31,376 nt of DNA, taken from IMG/VR virus record IMGVR_UViG_3300032279_000009, positions 1 to 31,376 of that record, one strand, 5' to 3'. Shown here piece by piece: positions 9,004 through 17,956 of this stretch; the first letter of the stretch is position 1; each line of letters begins with the position of its first letter. The position numbers and the translations under genes are program-made. The notes under the pieces are model-generated. The model was not told the DNA's origin and did no database searches. It saw only the letters and a list, made by a program, of their open reading frames with translations. The stretch is from a virus (Duplodnaviria; Caudoviricetes).

Positions 9004-9432
9004 TTAGTAATTTACTTTTTTAGTTGTCGTTTTTGCAGTACTTACTTTACAGTTTGCTAAGTTAAGACTGCCACCATCTTTTTTACTTTGCGAGACTCTA
9101 AGATCTTTGGCAGTAGGCGCGCCTTTGCTTCCTGGTTTACGCATACGTTCGCCAGAACCACTTTCGATTCTTTTACGCTTTGCATGAATGTTATCCCACA
9201 AGCCGCCGTTTTTCATGCCTGCTAGCATTTCACTCTCTGCTTGCAGAGATTCATATGCTTCTCGAGCATCCTCAGGATTTTTGTACTTGTAGTAATTGCT
9301 ACGTTTTGGGTTGTCTGATTTTGTAAGAATTTTCTCGTCTTCTAACGCACCAGACTCATACATTTCTTCACTGCCACGAGGTCCTTCTTTTGACTTCATG
9401 TACTCATATCGGCTTACAATGTCTTTTGGCAT
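9004..9432 (-). CDS. Basic hypothetical protein with two KxGG motifs, 142 aa
   Basis: TAAGGA RBS. MKNGG and KKDGG flank LWDNIHAKRKRIESGSGERMRKPGSKGAPT. Confidence 0.8.
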   Translation of the reverse strand: MPKDIVSRYEYMKSKEGPRGSEEMYESGALEDEKILTKSDNPKRSNYYKYKNPEDAREAYESLQAESEMLAGMKNGGLWDNIHAKRKRIESGSGERMRKPGSKGAPTAKDLRVSQSKKDGGSLNLANCKVSTAKTTTKKVNY

Positions 9433-9441
9433 GATATATCC

Positions 9442-12102
9442 TTAAGCTTGAGCTTCTTTCCAAGAAATACGAGCCTGAATGCCTGCCGAACCCGTTGTAG
9501 TTGCAACCACATACAGAACATCAGGGCCATCAGGGTACAGGCCAGCTTGGGTCGTTGGTACGGTATTGTTGACGCCGCCACCCAAGATTGAGTTACCCAA
9601 GTCGCGCACCTGAGCCAAGTCCAAGGTGTTGATGCCGGGGTTCACATAGAAAGCCGCCAACGATTCACCGCCTGTAATTGTTGCCGTGGTTCCAGTTGAC
9701 CCATTCACCGCAATTTGCGCCAAAGAAGAAGTAAATCCACCAGCAAGCTGTTGCGGCGAAATAAACGTAGCTTGCGCACCTGTTCCAGAAAACGCCGCCG
9801 CAAGACGACCGTTCAAAATCAAGTTGATCAACACGGCGGATGTGGTAGCAATGATTGACACTGAGTCAAGTTGCAACTGCATGCGGTTGATGGTTTCTTT
9901 TAAGCCCAATGTATCGGTGGTTCCAGTATCTACTGATGGCGCAATACGGATTGCCATCAGGGCATAGGAACCAGCCGCGGCAACCGACAAAGGCGTGGTC
10001 ATGCCGTAGTTGAAAATCAGCGACTTATCGTCGTTGAACTGGCCGTCCATGATCACCGAAGAGCCCCAGTGCGAAATTGAAGGCACTGAGTCAGCCGTGG
10101 CGTATTCAACCGTTACAAAAGCTGTTGCGCTATAAGTAAATGCTGTAGCCGCCGCGCCACCAGTTTGACCGCGAACACACCCAGTCAATGACGTTGCAGT
10201 TTTTCCTGAGTAGGTAACGTACTCAACTGCGCCTGTTGTGCCACTTGCTGTGAGTTTTGCCAACCCGCTTGAATTGAACAAGCTTGTATCAGCCACATTG
10301 ATCGTAGTGCTTGCAATGGCAACTGAGGAAGTAATGTACGTTGTTGGAGTCAGGCCAGAAGATTCGTAGTGCGACGGCAAGTTACCAGAACGCATGAAAG
10401 CTTCATATTGCAAATTATTATTTTGAACTTGATGGCAATACGTCACCGCTCCATCTTTTCCGCGCATACCCCAGCGAATTGAACCTGCGCCGTACCAAGA
10501 ATAGTCGATGTACCACATCTGCATGCGCGTGAGGTCAATCGTGTAGCCTGAAGGGCCTGTTCCATCCATTGGGTCAAACCAAGTAGATCGCGGATACACG
10601 GTGTCCGTGGTAATAGACATGATGTAGCCACCGTTTGGCGAGGAAGTTGCGTTGTAACTTGCGCCACGATATTCAGGCGAAATAGTTAGGGAGGTATCGC
10701 TGTCAATTGTAATCACACGGTATGACTGACCTCGAATGACGCAGAACTGGCCCGGTACAAACGTCTGGGTAAAGTTGGTTCCAACTCCAGTGACGGTTCC
10801 GTTGCCTTGCGTCACTTGCACATACCCTTGCGTTTGAACGGTGGAGTTCCTAACAACGGCGCTTAAAGTTTGCCCGTCAAATCTAAAAAATATGCCGTTT
10901 TGTTGGTCAAAAATACCAACAGAGTTTGCGGATCCGTACCATGTGATTGGGTTGATACGAATAGAGTTACCTTTTGCAGGTGTAGAGGGGGGAGTATTGA
11001 GTACGGTCGTTTGGTAAGTAAACGTGGTTCTTGAGAACCCGCCCGACAAAATGGTGAACGTGCCGTTGTATTGTGTTGGGGTGCATCCAGACACCGTAAT
11101 AACTGCGCCAGCGGCAAGATTGTGAGGGGCTGATGTGGTGACCGTAACCGTAGTCCCTGAAGCGGTCAGACTTGGCTGGAAGAGTGTTGGGCACAATGAC
11201 GAGCCAGTAGAGAACTGGAGGCCTTTGCCTGATTGGTAGCGGAAATAACGACGTGTCTGACGAATCAATTGCTGATTGGTAATCGTGCCGCCAGCAGAAA
11301 AGGCCACGCCACCATCAAACGGGCGGGATTCAACCCACCCAGCAGGTCGCATGAAAACATTTGTTTGGCCAGCGCTGTTTGTTGGGCTTGTCACCGCAAC
11401 GGCGGTGGTAAAAGTAAACGTGCTGGCAGTTGGGGTTGTAGCAACAATCCAAGCGCCGTTGACGTTTAAATCACCTGCAAAACCAGTCATGTAAACGTAG
11501 TCACCCAAGTTCAAGCCGTGTGGGTAGGTGGTCGTGCAAAGCGGGGTTGTGGTCGCGCTTGCGGTGATGCAGTTTGCGCCTACTCGAAAAGCGCAGTTGC
11601 TGTAAAAATACCCGGGGTAGACATACGTTTTGCCGGGGTTAAATACGTTGGTTGTTGCCGTTGCATTAGCGTCAATTAGGAACGAAACAGATACGCTTGC
11701 GCTAACGGAAGAAACCAACCACCAACCATTGACGTTGGGGTTTGTTGCGCCAAAGATAAAAATTGGAGTTGTGTTTGCGACGTAAGCGGCAGTGCTTGCC
11801 ATGAACACAGTGACAGTACGACTTCCGTTCGTTGTTTGAATGCCGTTAGTCACAAGGGCATTGTTGACAGTCGTAGAAATCTGGGGAATGTAATACGCGC
11901 CCTGACGATTGTTTTGCAGGTTGATGGATTCCCACTTGGTTGGCTGTTGACCGTATTCAAAGTCGGTGTCAATCAAAGCTTGCGGCTGAGAAACACGCAA
12001 TTTGTCTACTGGATCATATGCAGGCGACCGTGAAGATTGTTGAGTGCGTAACTGACTGTCAGTTCGTGAATCTGGACTTGTGAATGCTACTAGTTGTGAC
12101 AT
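9442..12102 (-). CDS. Large beta-rich virion structural protein, 886 aa
   Basis: AAGGA RBS and T/G/S-rich sequence. Repeated small beta modules (TTTYPHGLNLGDYVYMTG, TSAPHNLAAGAVITVSG..YNGTFTI) are typical of phage structural proteins. Confidence 0.7.
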   Translation of the reverse strand: MSQLVAFTSPDSRTDSQLRTQQSSRSPAYDPVDKLRVSQPQALIDTDFEYGQQPTKWESINLQNNRQGAYYIPQISTTVNNALVTNGIQTTNGSRTVTVFMASTAAYVANTTPIFIFGATNPNVNGWWLVSSVSASVSVSFLIDANATATTNVFNPGKTYVYPGYFYSNCAFRVGANCITASATTTPLCTTTYPHGLNLGDYVYMTGFAGDLNVNGAWIVATTPTASTFTFTTAVAVTSPTNSAGQTNVFMRPAGWVESRPFDGGVAFSAGGTITNQQLIRQTRRYFRYQSGKGLQFSTGSSLCPTLFQPSLTASGTTVTVTTSAPHNLAAGAVITVSGCTPTQYNGTFTILSGGFSRTTFTYQTTVLNTPPSTPAKGNSIRINPITWYGSANSVGIFDQQNGIFFRFDGQTLSAVVRNSTVQTQGYVQVTQGNGTVTGVGTNFTQTFVPGQFCVIRGQSYRVITIDSDTSLTISPEYRGASYNATSSPNGGYIMSITTDTVYPRSTWFDPMDGTGPSGYTIDLTRMQMWYIDYSWYGAGSIRWGMRGKDGAVTYCHQVQNNNLQYEAFMRSGNLPSHYESSGLTPTTYITSSVAIASTTINVADTSLFNSSGLAKLTASGTTGAVEYVTYSGKTATSLTGCVRGQTGGAAATAFTYSATAFVTVEYATADSVPSISHWGSSVIMDGQFNDDKSLIFNYGMTTPLSVAAAGSYALMAIRIAPSVDTGTTDTLGLKETINRMQLQLDSVSIIATTSAVLINLILNGRLAAAFSGTGAQATFISPQQLAGGFTSSLAQIAVNGSTGTTATITGGESLAAFYVNPGINTLDLAQVRDLGNSILGGGVNNTVPTTQAGLYPDGPDVLYVVATTTGSAGIQARISWKEAQA

Positions 12103-12116
12103 TTTTTTCCTTATGT

Positions 12117-12146
12117 AAAAAAGCAGAGGCCGAAGCCTCTACTTTT
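12117..12146 (-). terminator. Intrinsic terminator with a UUCG tetraloop
   Basis: The minus strand reads AGTAGAGGC-TTCG-GCCTCTGCT-TTTTT directly after the stop of 12148-12882. Confidence 0.9.
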
Positions 12147-12147
12147 A

Positions 12148-12882
12148 TTAGCACATATCCTTAACCATACCGCCTTTTTTGTAGCCTGCAGTGCCGACTT
12201 TAACATCACCGGACTTACCGAGCCTTTGAGGGGGTTTTTCAGCTGAGTGCATCATGGTGTTTGCATACGGCATCACAGAACCGCCGGCCTTGTACTTAGC
12301 CATGTCGGTTTTCTGTTTTGTGGTAACCATCCTGGTAGTTTTATTAGAGATAGAGCCTGATTCGACCGTATCACCTTTTTCAACTGCACCACCTTTTTTG
12401 TACCCACCTTGTCTTGCAGGAACGCCACCTGTGTGGCCTAACTCATTAGGCATATACTGAGCAGTGTCAACTGAACCACCCATTGCCATCTTGCCGCCTT
12501 TTTTCAGCTTCAGATCAGTGCCCTTGCTACCTTTGTGTTGCTGACTGTCATGCTGCTTCATAGCTTTCTTCATCATAGCTTTGTCTTGCATCATGTCAGC
12601 TTTGCCGCCTTCTTTCATGGCAGGCATTGCAGCTTCAGGCATACCAGGGCGTGCCTTCTTCATCATCTTCTGCTTCATGGCCTTTGCAGCCATGTTGCCT
12701 TCCATCATAGGTTTCCCCATTGATGCGCCAGAAGAAGGTCGCCGTGGTGCCATCGGTGCTTTCATGGGTGCCATAGGAAGACCACCACCCATTGCTTTCT
12801 TAACAGGACCACCGCCCTTTAAGGCAAGAGTTACAGTGGGTTCAGATGTTGCCATCTTAGGCATACGTTTGAATTCAGACAT
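12148..12882 (-). CDS. Lys/Met/Gly-rich low-complexity protein with about 8 xxGG motifs, 244 aa (start corrected to MSEFKRMPK)
   Basis: A perfect AAGGAGG RBS precedes the ATG at 12880-12882. The longer ORF-track start overlaps the upstream gene. Confidence 0.85.
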   Translation of the reverse strand: MSEFKRMPKMATSEPTVTLALKGGGPVKKAMGGGLPMAPMKAPMAPRRPSSGASMGKPMMEGNMAAKAMKQKMMKKARPGMPEAAMPAMKEGGKADMMQDKAMMKKAMKQHDSQQHKGSKGTDLKLKKGGKMAMGGSVDTAQYMPNELGHTGGVPARQGGYKKGGAVEKGDTVESGSISNKTTRMVTTKQKTDMAKYKAGGSVMPYANTMMHSAEKPPQRLGKSGDVKVGTAGYKKGGMVKDMC

Positions 12883-12892
12883 GTTGTCCTCC

Positions 12893-13861
12893 TTAAGCTT
12901 GGTTAACGCCAATAGCGCCGAGACGAGTTGCATTCGGTCCACAAGCAATGCCTGGAACGGCAAGCGTCATCACTAAGCGCTTAATGCCGTCAGTTACAGA
13001 AGCAGGGGCGTAAGTTCCGCGCACATCACCAGTTGTGGCTGTTGCAGTTGCTTGATCAGCATTGACAAAAGTACCTGCTGCATCAGCAATGGTGTTGTTG
13101 TAGCCGATATGGACAATGTAACCAAAGTCAGTTACTCGGATAGGGCAACCTAAGACGTCGGTTGTGCCAACGGTCACTGCAGTAGCTGACCCGTTGATAG
13201 TTGCGCCACTGATCTGGAAAAAGGCTTTCTTGCCAGATACAGGAGTAGCTTGCGTTACAACAGTGATAGTTTCGCTCATCAGTTGACCGTAAATGTCATA
13301 ACCTGTGACCGTAACTGCTCGTGCAGTTGTAGAGGTGTTCACCTGAAGTGCACGAGGTACGTCAAGTTGCACCACGTTGACGTTGTCAGCACGTTGAACG
13401 TAACGACCGCCAAGTGTGCTAGTTGTCAACAAAGCCAAACTACCAGCCGCAGCAGGTGCAGAAGAAGCACATACGTTTGCCGCATTTAGCTGAAGAGGAA
13501 CCGTGTCCCAAATGTAGACACGACCTAATGGGCCAACACCTAGATCCATTTGAGAAGGATCAGCAAGAAAGTCTTCAAAACCGGCGATAATTGTCGTTGC
13601 AGAAACCGAAACTGAATTGTTAACGTTGTAAGTTCCGATACCGCCAGTGCCTGTACCGAAAGAAGTGATAAAAGTACCGGGCGTGACACCTGTACCACCA
13701 ATGAACATACCTACCTGAAGCGGAACACCGTTAAGAAGAGCGGTAACAGTTAATACAGTAGTTGCTTGAGATGCGGTAACTGTTGCTATGTTTTGTTGGC
13801 GAGAAGTGCCCATGAACGTAGGCGCAGTACCGAGGAACAGATCATCTGAAAATTGAGGCAT
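12893..13861 (-). CDS. Putative capsid-associated/decoration protein, 322 aa
   Basis: AAGGAG RBS, position directly after the MCP terminator, and T/A/G/V-rich beta composition. Confidence 0.6.
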   Translation of the reverse strand: MPQFSDDLFLGTAPTFMGTSRQQNIATVTASQATTVLTVTALLNGVPLQVGMFIGGTGVTPGTFITSFGTGTGGIGTYNVNNSVSVSATTIIAGFEDFLADPSQMDLGVGPLGRVYIWDTVPLQLNAANVCASSAPAAAGSLALLTTSTLGGRYVQRADNVNVVQLDVPRALQVNTSTTARAVTVTGYDIYGQLMSETITVVTQATPVSGKKAFFQISGATINGSATAVTVGTTDVLGCPIRVTDFGYIVHIGYNNTIADAAGTFVNADQATATATTGDVRGTYAPASVTDGIKRLVMTLAVPGIACGPNATRLGAIGVNQA

Positions 13862-13896
13862 TTTGTCTTCTCCTTGAAAAGCTTGACAAAGTTAAG

Positions 13897-13925
13897 AAAA
13901 AAGGGCGGGGTTTTATGCCCGCCCC
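13897..13925 (-). terminator. Intrinsic terminator after the major capsid gene
   Basis: The minus strand reads GGGCGGG-CATAAAAC-CCCGCCC-TTTTTT just after the MCP stop. Confidence 0.85.
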
Positions 13926-13932
13926 TGTTGGT

Positions 13933-14847
13933 TTAGACACCAGGTGTGCCGTATACGGCGCGTGGATCAGTAAATCCGACGTCGTAACGTTCTGTGGCCT
14001 TGTAACGCATGGAGTCGGTTTCGAAATCGCCTTCCATGGTCTTTTCCAATCCACGACGCATCATCAGCTTTAAGCCTTCAGGTGCATCAGTTTGGACCCA
14101 CCAAGCAGTAGCACTGGTCAAACGTGAGAGAACCGATGCGCCTTCAGGCATCAAACCGATCGACTTGATAGGGTTGATGTCGTTGTTAGCGGTACCGGCA
14201 CGCAATACGCTCTTCAGCAATACTTCGGCTTGGAACACGTTACCAGGTGCAACCACCAGTTTCAAAGGCTGGAGACGGATCTTCTTACCGTTGTTGTCAA
14301 CGGCTTGACGAACCTGAATCAGCATTTGTTCCAGTGAAGTCTGGCTCAAGTTAGCAGAAGTGTTCAGCAAGTTGCTGAAAGAACCGCTAACGATGGGGTG
14401 AGCAGAGTTGCTCAAAGACACACCGTCACCGCCTATAGCACTAGACGTAAACGCCAGATTCAACACGTTAGCGCACAATGTTTCTTTGGTTTCCACCAAG
14501 GATTGTGCCAAGTGACGAGCGTAAACTTGACCGATACGAATATGGTCACCGTCTTCCACCAACACTTTGGTCAATGCGAAGGCCAAGCCATACACGTTGT
14601 ACACATAGCGTTTGAGGAAGAGAACACCACCTTGTTGGTACGTAACGGGCTGGCCGTCAGGCAACTGGGGTGCGGCGCCGAATCCGTACAGGACAGGCTC
14701 TTCGTGGTAGTTACGAGGAATGCCAGATTGCTCACGGAAAACCGTAGACCATTCATCGGCACGTTGATCATAGACTCCATCGAAGCATTCGTTGAGAATT
14801 GGTTCAACAATACTTCTAAAGTCCGTACTGCGCATTGGAGCTGCCAT
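13933..14847 (-). CDS. Major capsid protein (HK97 fold, Mu gpT-like family), 304 aa
   Basis: Motifs YGLAFALTKVLVEDG, GGDGVSLSNSAHP, KLVVAP and GDFETDSMRYKATERY. It has an AAGGAG RBS, lies downstream of the scaffold, and is followed by a terminator. Confidence 0.9.
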   Translation of the reverse strand: MAAPMRSTDFRSIVEPILNECFDGVYDQRADEWSTVFREQSGIPRNYHEEPVLYGFGAAPQLPDGQPVTYQQGGVLFLKRYVYNVYGLAFALTKVLVEDGDHIRIGQVYARHLAQSLVETKETLCANVLNLAFTSSAIGGDGVSLSNSAHPIVSGSFSNLLNTSANLSQTSLEQMLIQVRQAVDNNGKKIRLQPLKLVVAPGNVFQAEVLLKSVLRAGTANNDINPIKSIGLMPEGASVLSRLTSATAWWVQTDAPEGLKLMMRRGLEKTMEGDFETDSMRYKATERYDVGFTDPRAVYGTPGV

Positions 14848-14860
14848 GTTTTACTCCTTC

Positions 14861-15475
14861 TTATACGATGGCTGTCACGCTACCGAAGTATTGTGAACGG
14901 CAGTTAACGACACGTACGATCACAAAAGGATCGCCCCAAGCATTACCCGGATAAGGGGCAAGGTCCACAACACGCATTGAACCTTGACTACCATCAGCAA
15001 CGGCTGTAGACACGCCTAGAGCTGTTGTAGACAGACCAGTTACGTTTGAGCCAGCGCTGACTGTAAAGCCAGTGTTTGCGCTAAAGTTATATTCGCCGCC
15101 TAAAGAGGTTTGAGCGATAGTAGCGTCAGTTTGAATTTCATAAACGATGTTTTGATCATTGTAGAAATACGCGACACAAGAGCCTGTTTGGTACGTAGTA
15201 CCAGAAGGCCAGTAGTTACTAACACGGCGACGGCCAGTTGTGTCAGTAAATTCAACGCCGGCGAAAGCACCTGTCCATACGCCTGAGGCCGCAGCCAAAG
15301 CGATGGTACCTGCTGCAACACCTGTACCAGCGGTACTGTTGTAGCGGATAGGGGCGCCTTTCAGAATGTCAGCAGCTAAGCCGCTAACAATACCGCCAGC
15401 TAGCGCCTGAGCACGGTCCAAACCCGAAGGGTGGAACGCTGGGCGCAAACCAAACGATGCTGAAGTTGCACTCAT
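14861..15475 (-). CDS. Putative minor capsid/cement protein, 204 aa
   Basis: Motifs FGLRP..., GAFAGVEFTD and D.NIVYEIQ. It is small, beta-rich and directly upstream of the MCP. Confidence 0.55.
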   Translation of the reverse strand: MSATSASFGLRPAFHPSGLDRAQALAGGIVSGLAADILKGAPIRYNSTAGTGVAAGTIALAAASGVWTGAFAGVEFTDTTGRRRVSNYWPSGTTYQTGSCVAYFYNDQNIVYEIQTDATIAQTSLGGEYNFSANTGFTVSAGSNVTGLSTTALGVSTAVADGSQGSMRVVDLAPYPGNAWGDPFVIVRVVNCRSQYFGSVTAIV

Positions 15476-15512
15476 TAGAGTTTCCTTTCAATTGATGAGG
15501 GGCTGTATGTTT

Positions 15513-16058
15513 TCATTGAAAAACAGGGACAGTATTTCTTTCGTTGGTACTGAAACTCATGCCATCGCCTTCAATACTAACCAGTGATCTTCCGTTGCTA
15601 TCACGCTGCGCTAACAGTTGCTCTTGTTGGACTTTGATCTTCTCTTGCTCCTCGCGAGGGGCATGATAGTGAAGTTCCATCATCAAGTCTTGATAAATTG
15701 GCATAGGCAACTTATACAAAACCATCTCATTACAAGCAACAAAACCAACGTTTTCGCCTGATTTCACTTTTAGATGCTCAAAGCCTGGAAGTTCATCGGC
15801 TTTCACGGGCTCATAGCCCATTCGCATGCGTTTGTGAATAGGATCGTACTGATTTGTAGTCGACAACCAACACAAGTGGTACCCGGGTATCTCGGGCGGT
15901 GTCGGAAGAGCTTCTTGAAGCCATTCCGAGCGGAACATCCTACGACGTTCCTCGGAAGATACAAATGTTGCATCTTCGGGCGCTGCGCGTGAAGCATCTT
16001 CTTGCGAACGGCTGCTTCGATCTACGCGTGTGTTCTTTTTAATTCGATCGTCCATCAT
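15513..16058 (-). CDS. Head-module hypothetical protein, 181 aa
   Basis: LPTPPEIPGYHLCWLS...MRMGYEPVK. Its start overlaps the scaffold stop. Confidence 0.75.
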   Translation of the reverse strand: MMDDRIKKNTRVDRSSRSQEDASRAAPEDATFVSSEERRRMFRSEWLQEALPTPPEIPGYHLCWLSTTNQYDPIHKRMRMGYEPVKADELPGFEHLKVKSGENVGFVACNEMVLYKLPMPIYQDLMMELHYHAPREEQEKIKVQQEQLLAQRDSNGRSLVSIEGDGMSFSTNERNTVPVFQ

Positions 16059-17050
16059 TAACCTCGTTTCTGTTGTTTGTCGTATTCAGCAAATCGCTGA
16101 GCCATTTTGTTACGAAGCTCTTTGTTTTCCCACATTCCAGCTTCTTTAATAGCAGCAACTCGATCAGGAGTGAGTCGATATTCACCTTGTTTTGGAGAAC
16201 TCATTGATTCACGTCCTGAACTTCCCACAACAGACCTCGGTCTAGAGTTTCGTGTGTCTGCACTATAACTTGCTTTGTATCGATGTGGCAAATATTTTTG
16301 CAGTCGATCGTCAAGTTCTTCCCAGTAATCTTGTGTAGTCGGATCAAACCCTTCTTCAGTTAGCACTTGGTCAATTGACTGTGCAACTTTAGAGTCTGCA
16401 TCTTTAAGATGAGGGTCATACCAATTGTTCCGCTTCATCCAGTCGGCAGCATTTCGCTGAACGCCAGGATCAGGAACCTTAATGTTATTTTGCTTAGGCT
16501 GTGACAACTGCTTGTTGGCAGTAGTCTTCATGTGCTGTAAAGACTCCAACTGCCGCTGGTTGTCATACCAGAGCTGTTGAGCTTTTGTCAACTCATCGCC
16601 TTGCCGTGAATTAACGGCTTCCTGCATCTTCATCTTGGCATATTCGACTCTGGTCTGAGCATCATCGATTGCCTTGTCGATTCTTGCCATTTCGGCACCG
16701 CTTGTCCTTGTCTCCAAAGACGCCACACGGTTGGCAAGCTCTGCATTCTGCTTCTTTAAAGCCGTAATCAAATGGTTTGATTCTCGTGCTTTTTCACGGT
16801 GAAGTTGTTTCTTTAGTTTTCGTTCTTCCCTACGAGCAGCACGAATGGCTTCTCGTTCAGGGTCGTCATCTTCGATGTCATCTTGTGCAGATTGACTTTT
16901 CGGTTCATCATCAAAGTCATTCGACAAATCGTCATCATTCTGATCGTCTGTGTCCGAAGATTCAGGCGCCATTCCAGGCGGCATTTTGACAATGGCTGAA
17001 CCATCATCACGTTCTGCAACCTGCATTTCCAACTTTTCAGTCGAGTTCAT
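16058..17050 (-). CDS. Putative capsid scaffolding protein, 330 aa
   Basis: Acidic disordered N-terminus, long coiled coil, a W..RNNWY motif and a short C-terminal helix. It lies between the portal and MCP. Confidence 0.7.
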   Translation of the reverse strand: MNSTEKLEMQVAERDDGSAIVKMPPGMAPESSDTDDQNDDDLSNDFDDEPKSQSAQDDIEDDDPEREAIRAARREERKLKKQLHREKARESNHLITALKKQNAELANRVASLETRTSGAEMARIDKAIDDAQTRVEYAKMKMQEAVNSRQGDELTKAQQLWYDNQRQLESLQHMKTTANKQLSQPKQNNIKVPDPGVQRNAADWMKRNNWYDPHLKDADSKVAQSIDQVLTEEGFDPTTQDYWEELDDRLQKYLPHRYKASYSADTRNSRPRSVVGSSGRESMSSPKQGEYRLTPDRVAAIKEAGMWENKELRNKMAQRFAEYDKQQKRG

Positions 17051-17069
17051 ACAGTTTTCCTTTCAAAAA

Positions 17070-17492
17070 CTAGATAAATGCCTTAATTGCAAGCGGGTCG
17101 CCCGTCACTTTGCCAATCAGCTCATGGTCATTAAAGAACGTAAACAAGGCTTTGCCTTTATTACTTCCTTCTTCAAAGTCCACTTCCCAACGATCACCGC
17201 CCCATTTAGGGACGCGAACGAAGTCGCCAACTTGTGCCCATGCACCTTCAGGCCAAGGTTCCATGCTTTCACGCTTGCGGAACGCCAAAGGGCCGATTGC
17301 AATTACTTTACCGATCATGGTGTTCCACTTTTCCGTTTCTTTGGTTTCCTCAACCAAGACGATGCCGGAATTCGTCACCTTTTCTTTCACAGCCCTTAAC
17401 TGAACAAGGACTCGAGCGCCATACGGCGCCATCAGGGGTTCGACTACAGGAAACGCTTCTTCAAGCGTCTGTTCTACGATATCATTCGACAT
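17070..17492 (-). CDS. groES: Phage-encoded co-chaperonin GroES (Cpn10), 140 aa
   Basis: P.GARVLV, mobile loop SGIVL, GKVIAIGP, VGDFV..PKWGG and DHELIG match the Cpn10 pattern. Confidence 0.9.
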   Translation of the reverse strand: MSNDIVEQTLEEAFPVVEPLMAPYGARVLVQLRAVKEKVTNSGIVLVEETKETEKWNTMIGKVIAIGPLAFRKRESMEPWPEGAWAQVGDFVRVPKWGGDRWEVDFEEGSNKGKALFTFFNDHELIGKVTGDPLAIKAFI

Positions 17493-17670
17493 CTTTCTTT
17501 TCCTCTTCTAAGAGTTGGTTAATGATAGTCAAGGCTTCCTCCAAGCCCTGGTGCTGGCCGACCAATCGCTGGTAAGTTTCAAAATTAACGACATACCCTT
17601 GTGTCAAGGAGTCGCTAATCTTGGCTTGCTGCGCTTTAATACGACCAATGAGATCCGACACGGTCCGCAT
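17482..17670 (-). CDS. Small helical hypothetical protein, 62 aa
   Basis: FETYQRLVGQHQGLEEAL; it fills the gap directly upstream of groES. Confidence 0.75.
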   Translation of the reverse strand: MRTVSDLIGRIKAQQAKISDSLTQGYVVNFETYQRLVGQHQGLEEALTIINQLLEEEKKDVE

Positions 17671-17671
17671 G

Positions 17672-17956
17672 TTACTTGCCGCGACCTGACGAACGCTTCA
17701 TGGGTGGACCACTTAGCAAAATAGCGATGCCCATTCCTTTTTTAGAGGAACCGCCATTTTTGTAAGTGGCTATTTTTGCGCCTGTTGCTTTACCGGGCTG
17801 AAGTGCTGCACGCTTATTGATAAGAGTGTCAACACCTTTTTCAGGCATCACTTTGCCGCCTTCAGCATACTTGCGTACGCCACCGCCTTTTTTCATGACA
17901 TTACCTTCGGTAATACCCATGGCCATTTTTTTGTGAGCAGGAATTGCTTCGGTCAT
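17672..17956 (-). CDS. Small basic protein with three xxGG motifs, 94 aa
   Basis: ATGA overlap with the portal stop. Motifs MKKGG, YAEGG and YKNGG. Confidence 0.8.
   Translation of the reverse strand: MTEAIPAHKKMAMGITEGNVMKKGGGVRKYAEGGKVMPEKGVDTLINKRAALQPGKATGAKIATYKNGGSSKKGMGIAILLSGPPMKRSSGRGK

Noticed and set aside
9442-12102. Modules resembling the E1 FCCH domain in the 886-aa protein, as support for a ubiquitin-like system
   Set aside because: Such beta modules are common in phage structural proteins, and no adenylation (ThiF) domain is recognisable.
13883-13888. Perfect TTGACA on the + strand near the MCP terminator
   Set aside because: No -10 element lies at 16-18 bp spacing.
15481-17066. 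Shared TTGAAAGGAAA upstream of the scaffold and 204-aa genes
   Set aside because: It is an 11-nt purine-rich RBS context and is adequately explained as a Shine-Dalgarno region.
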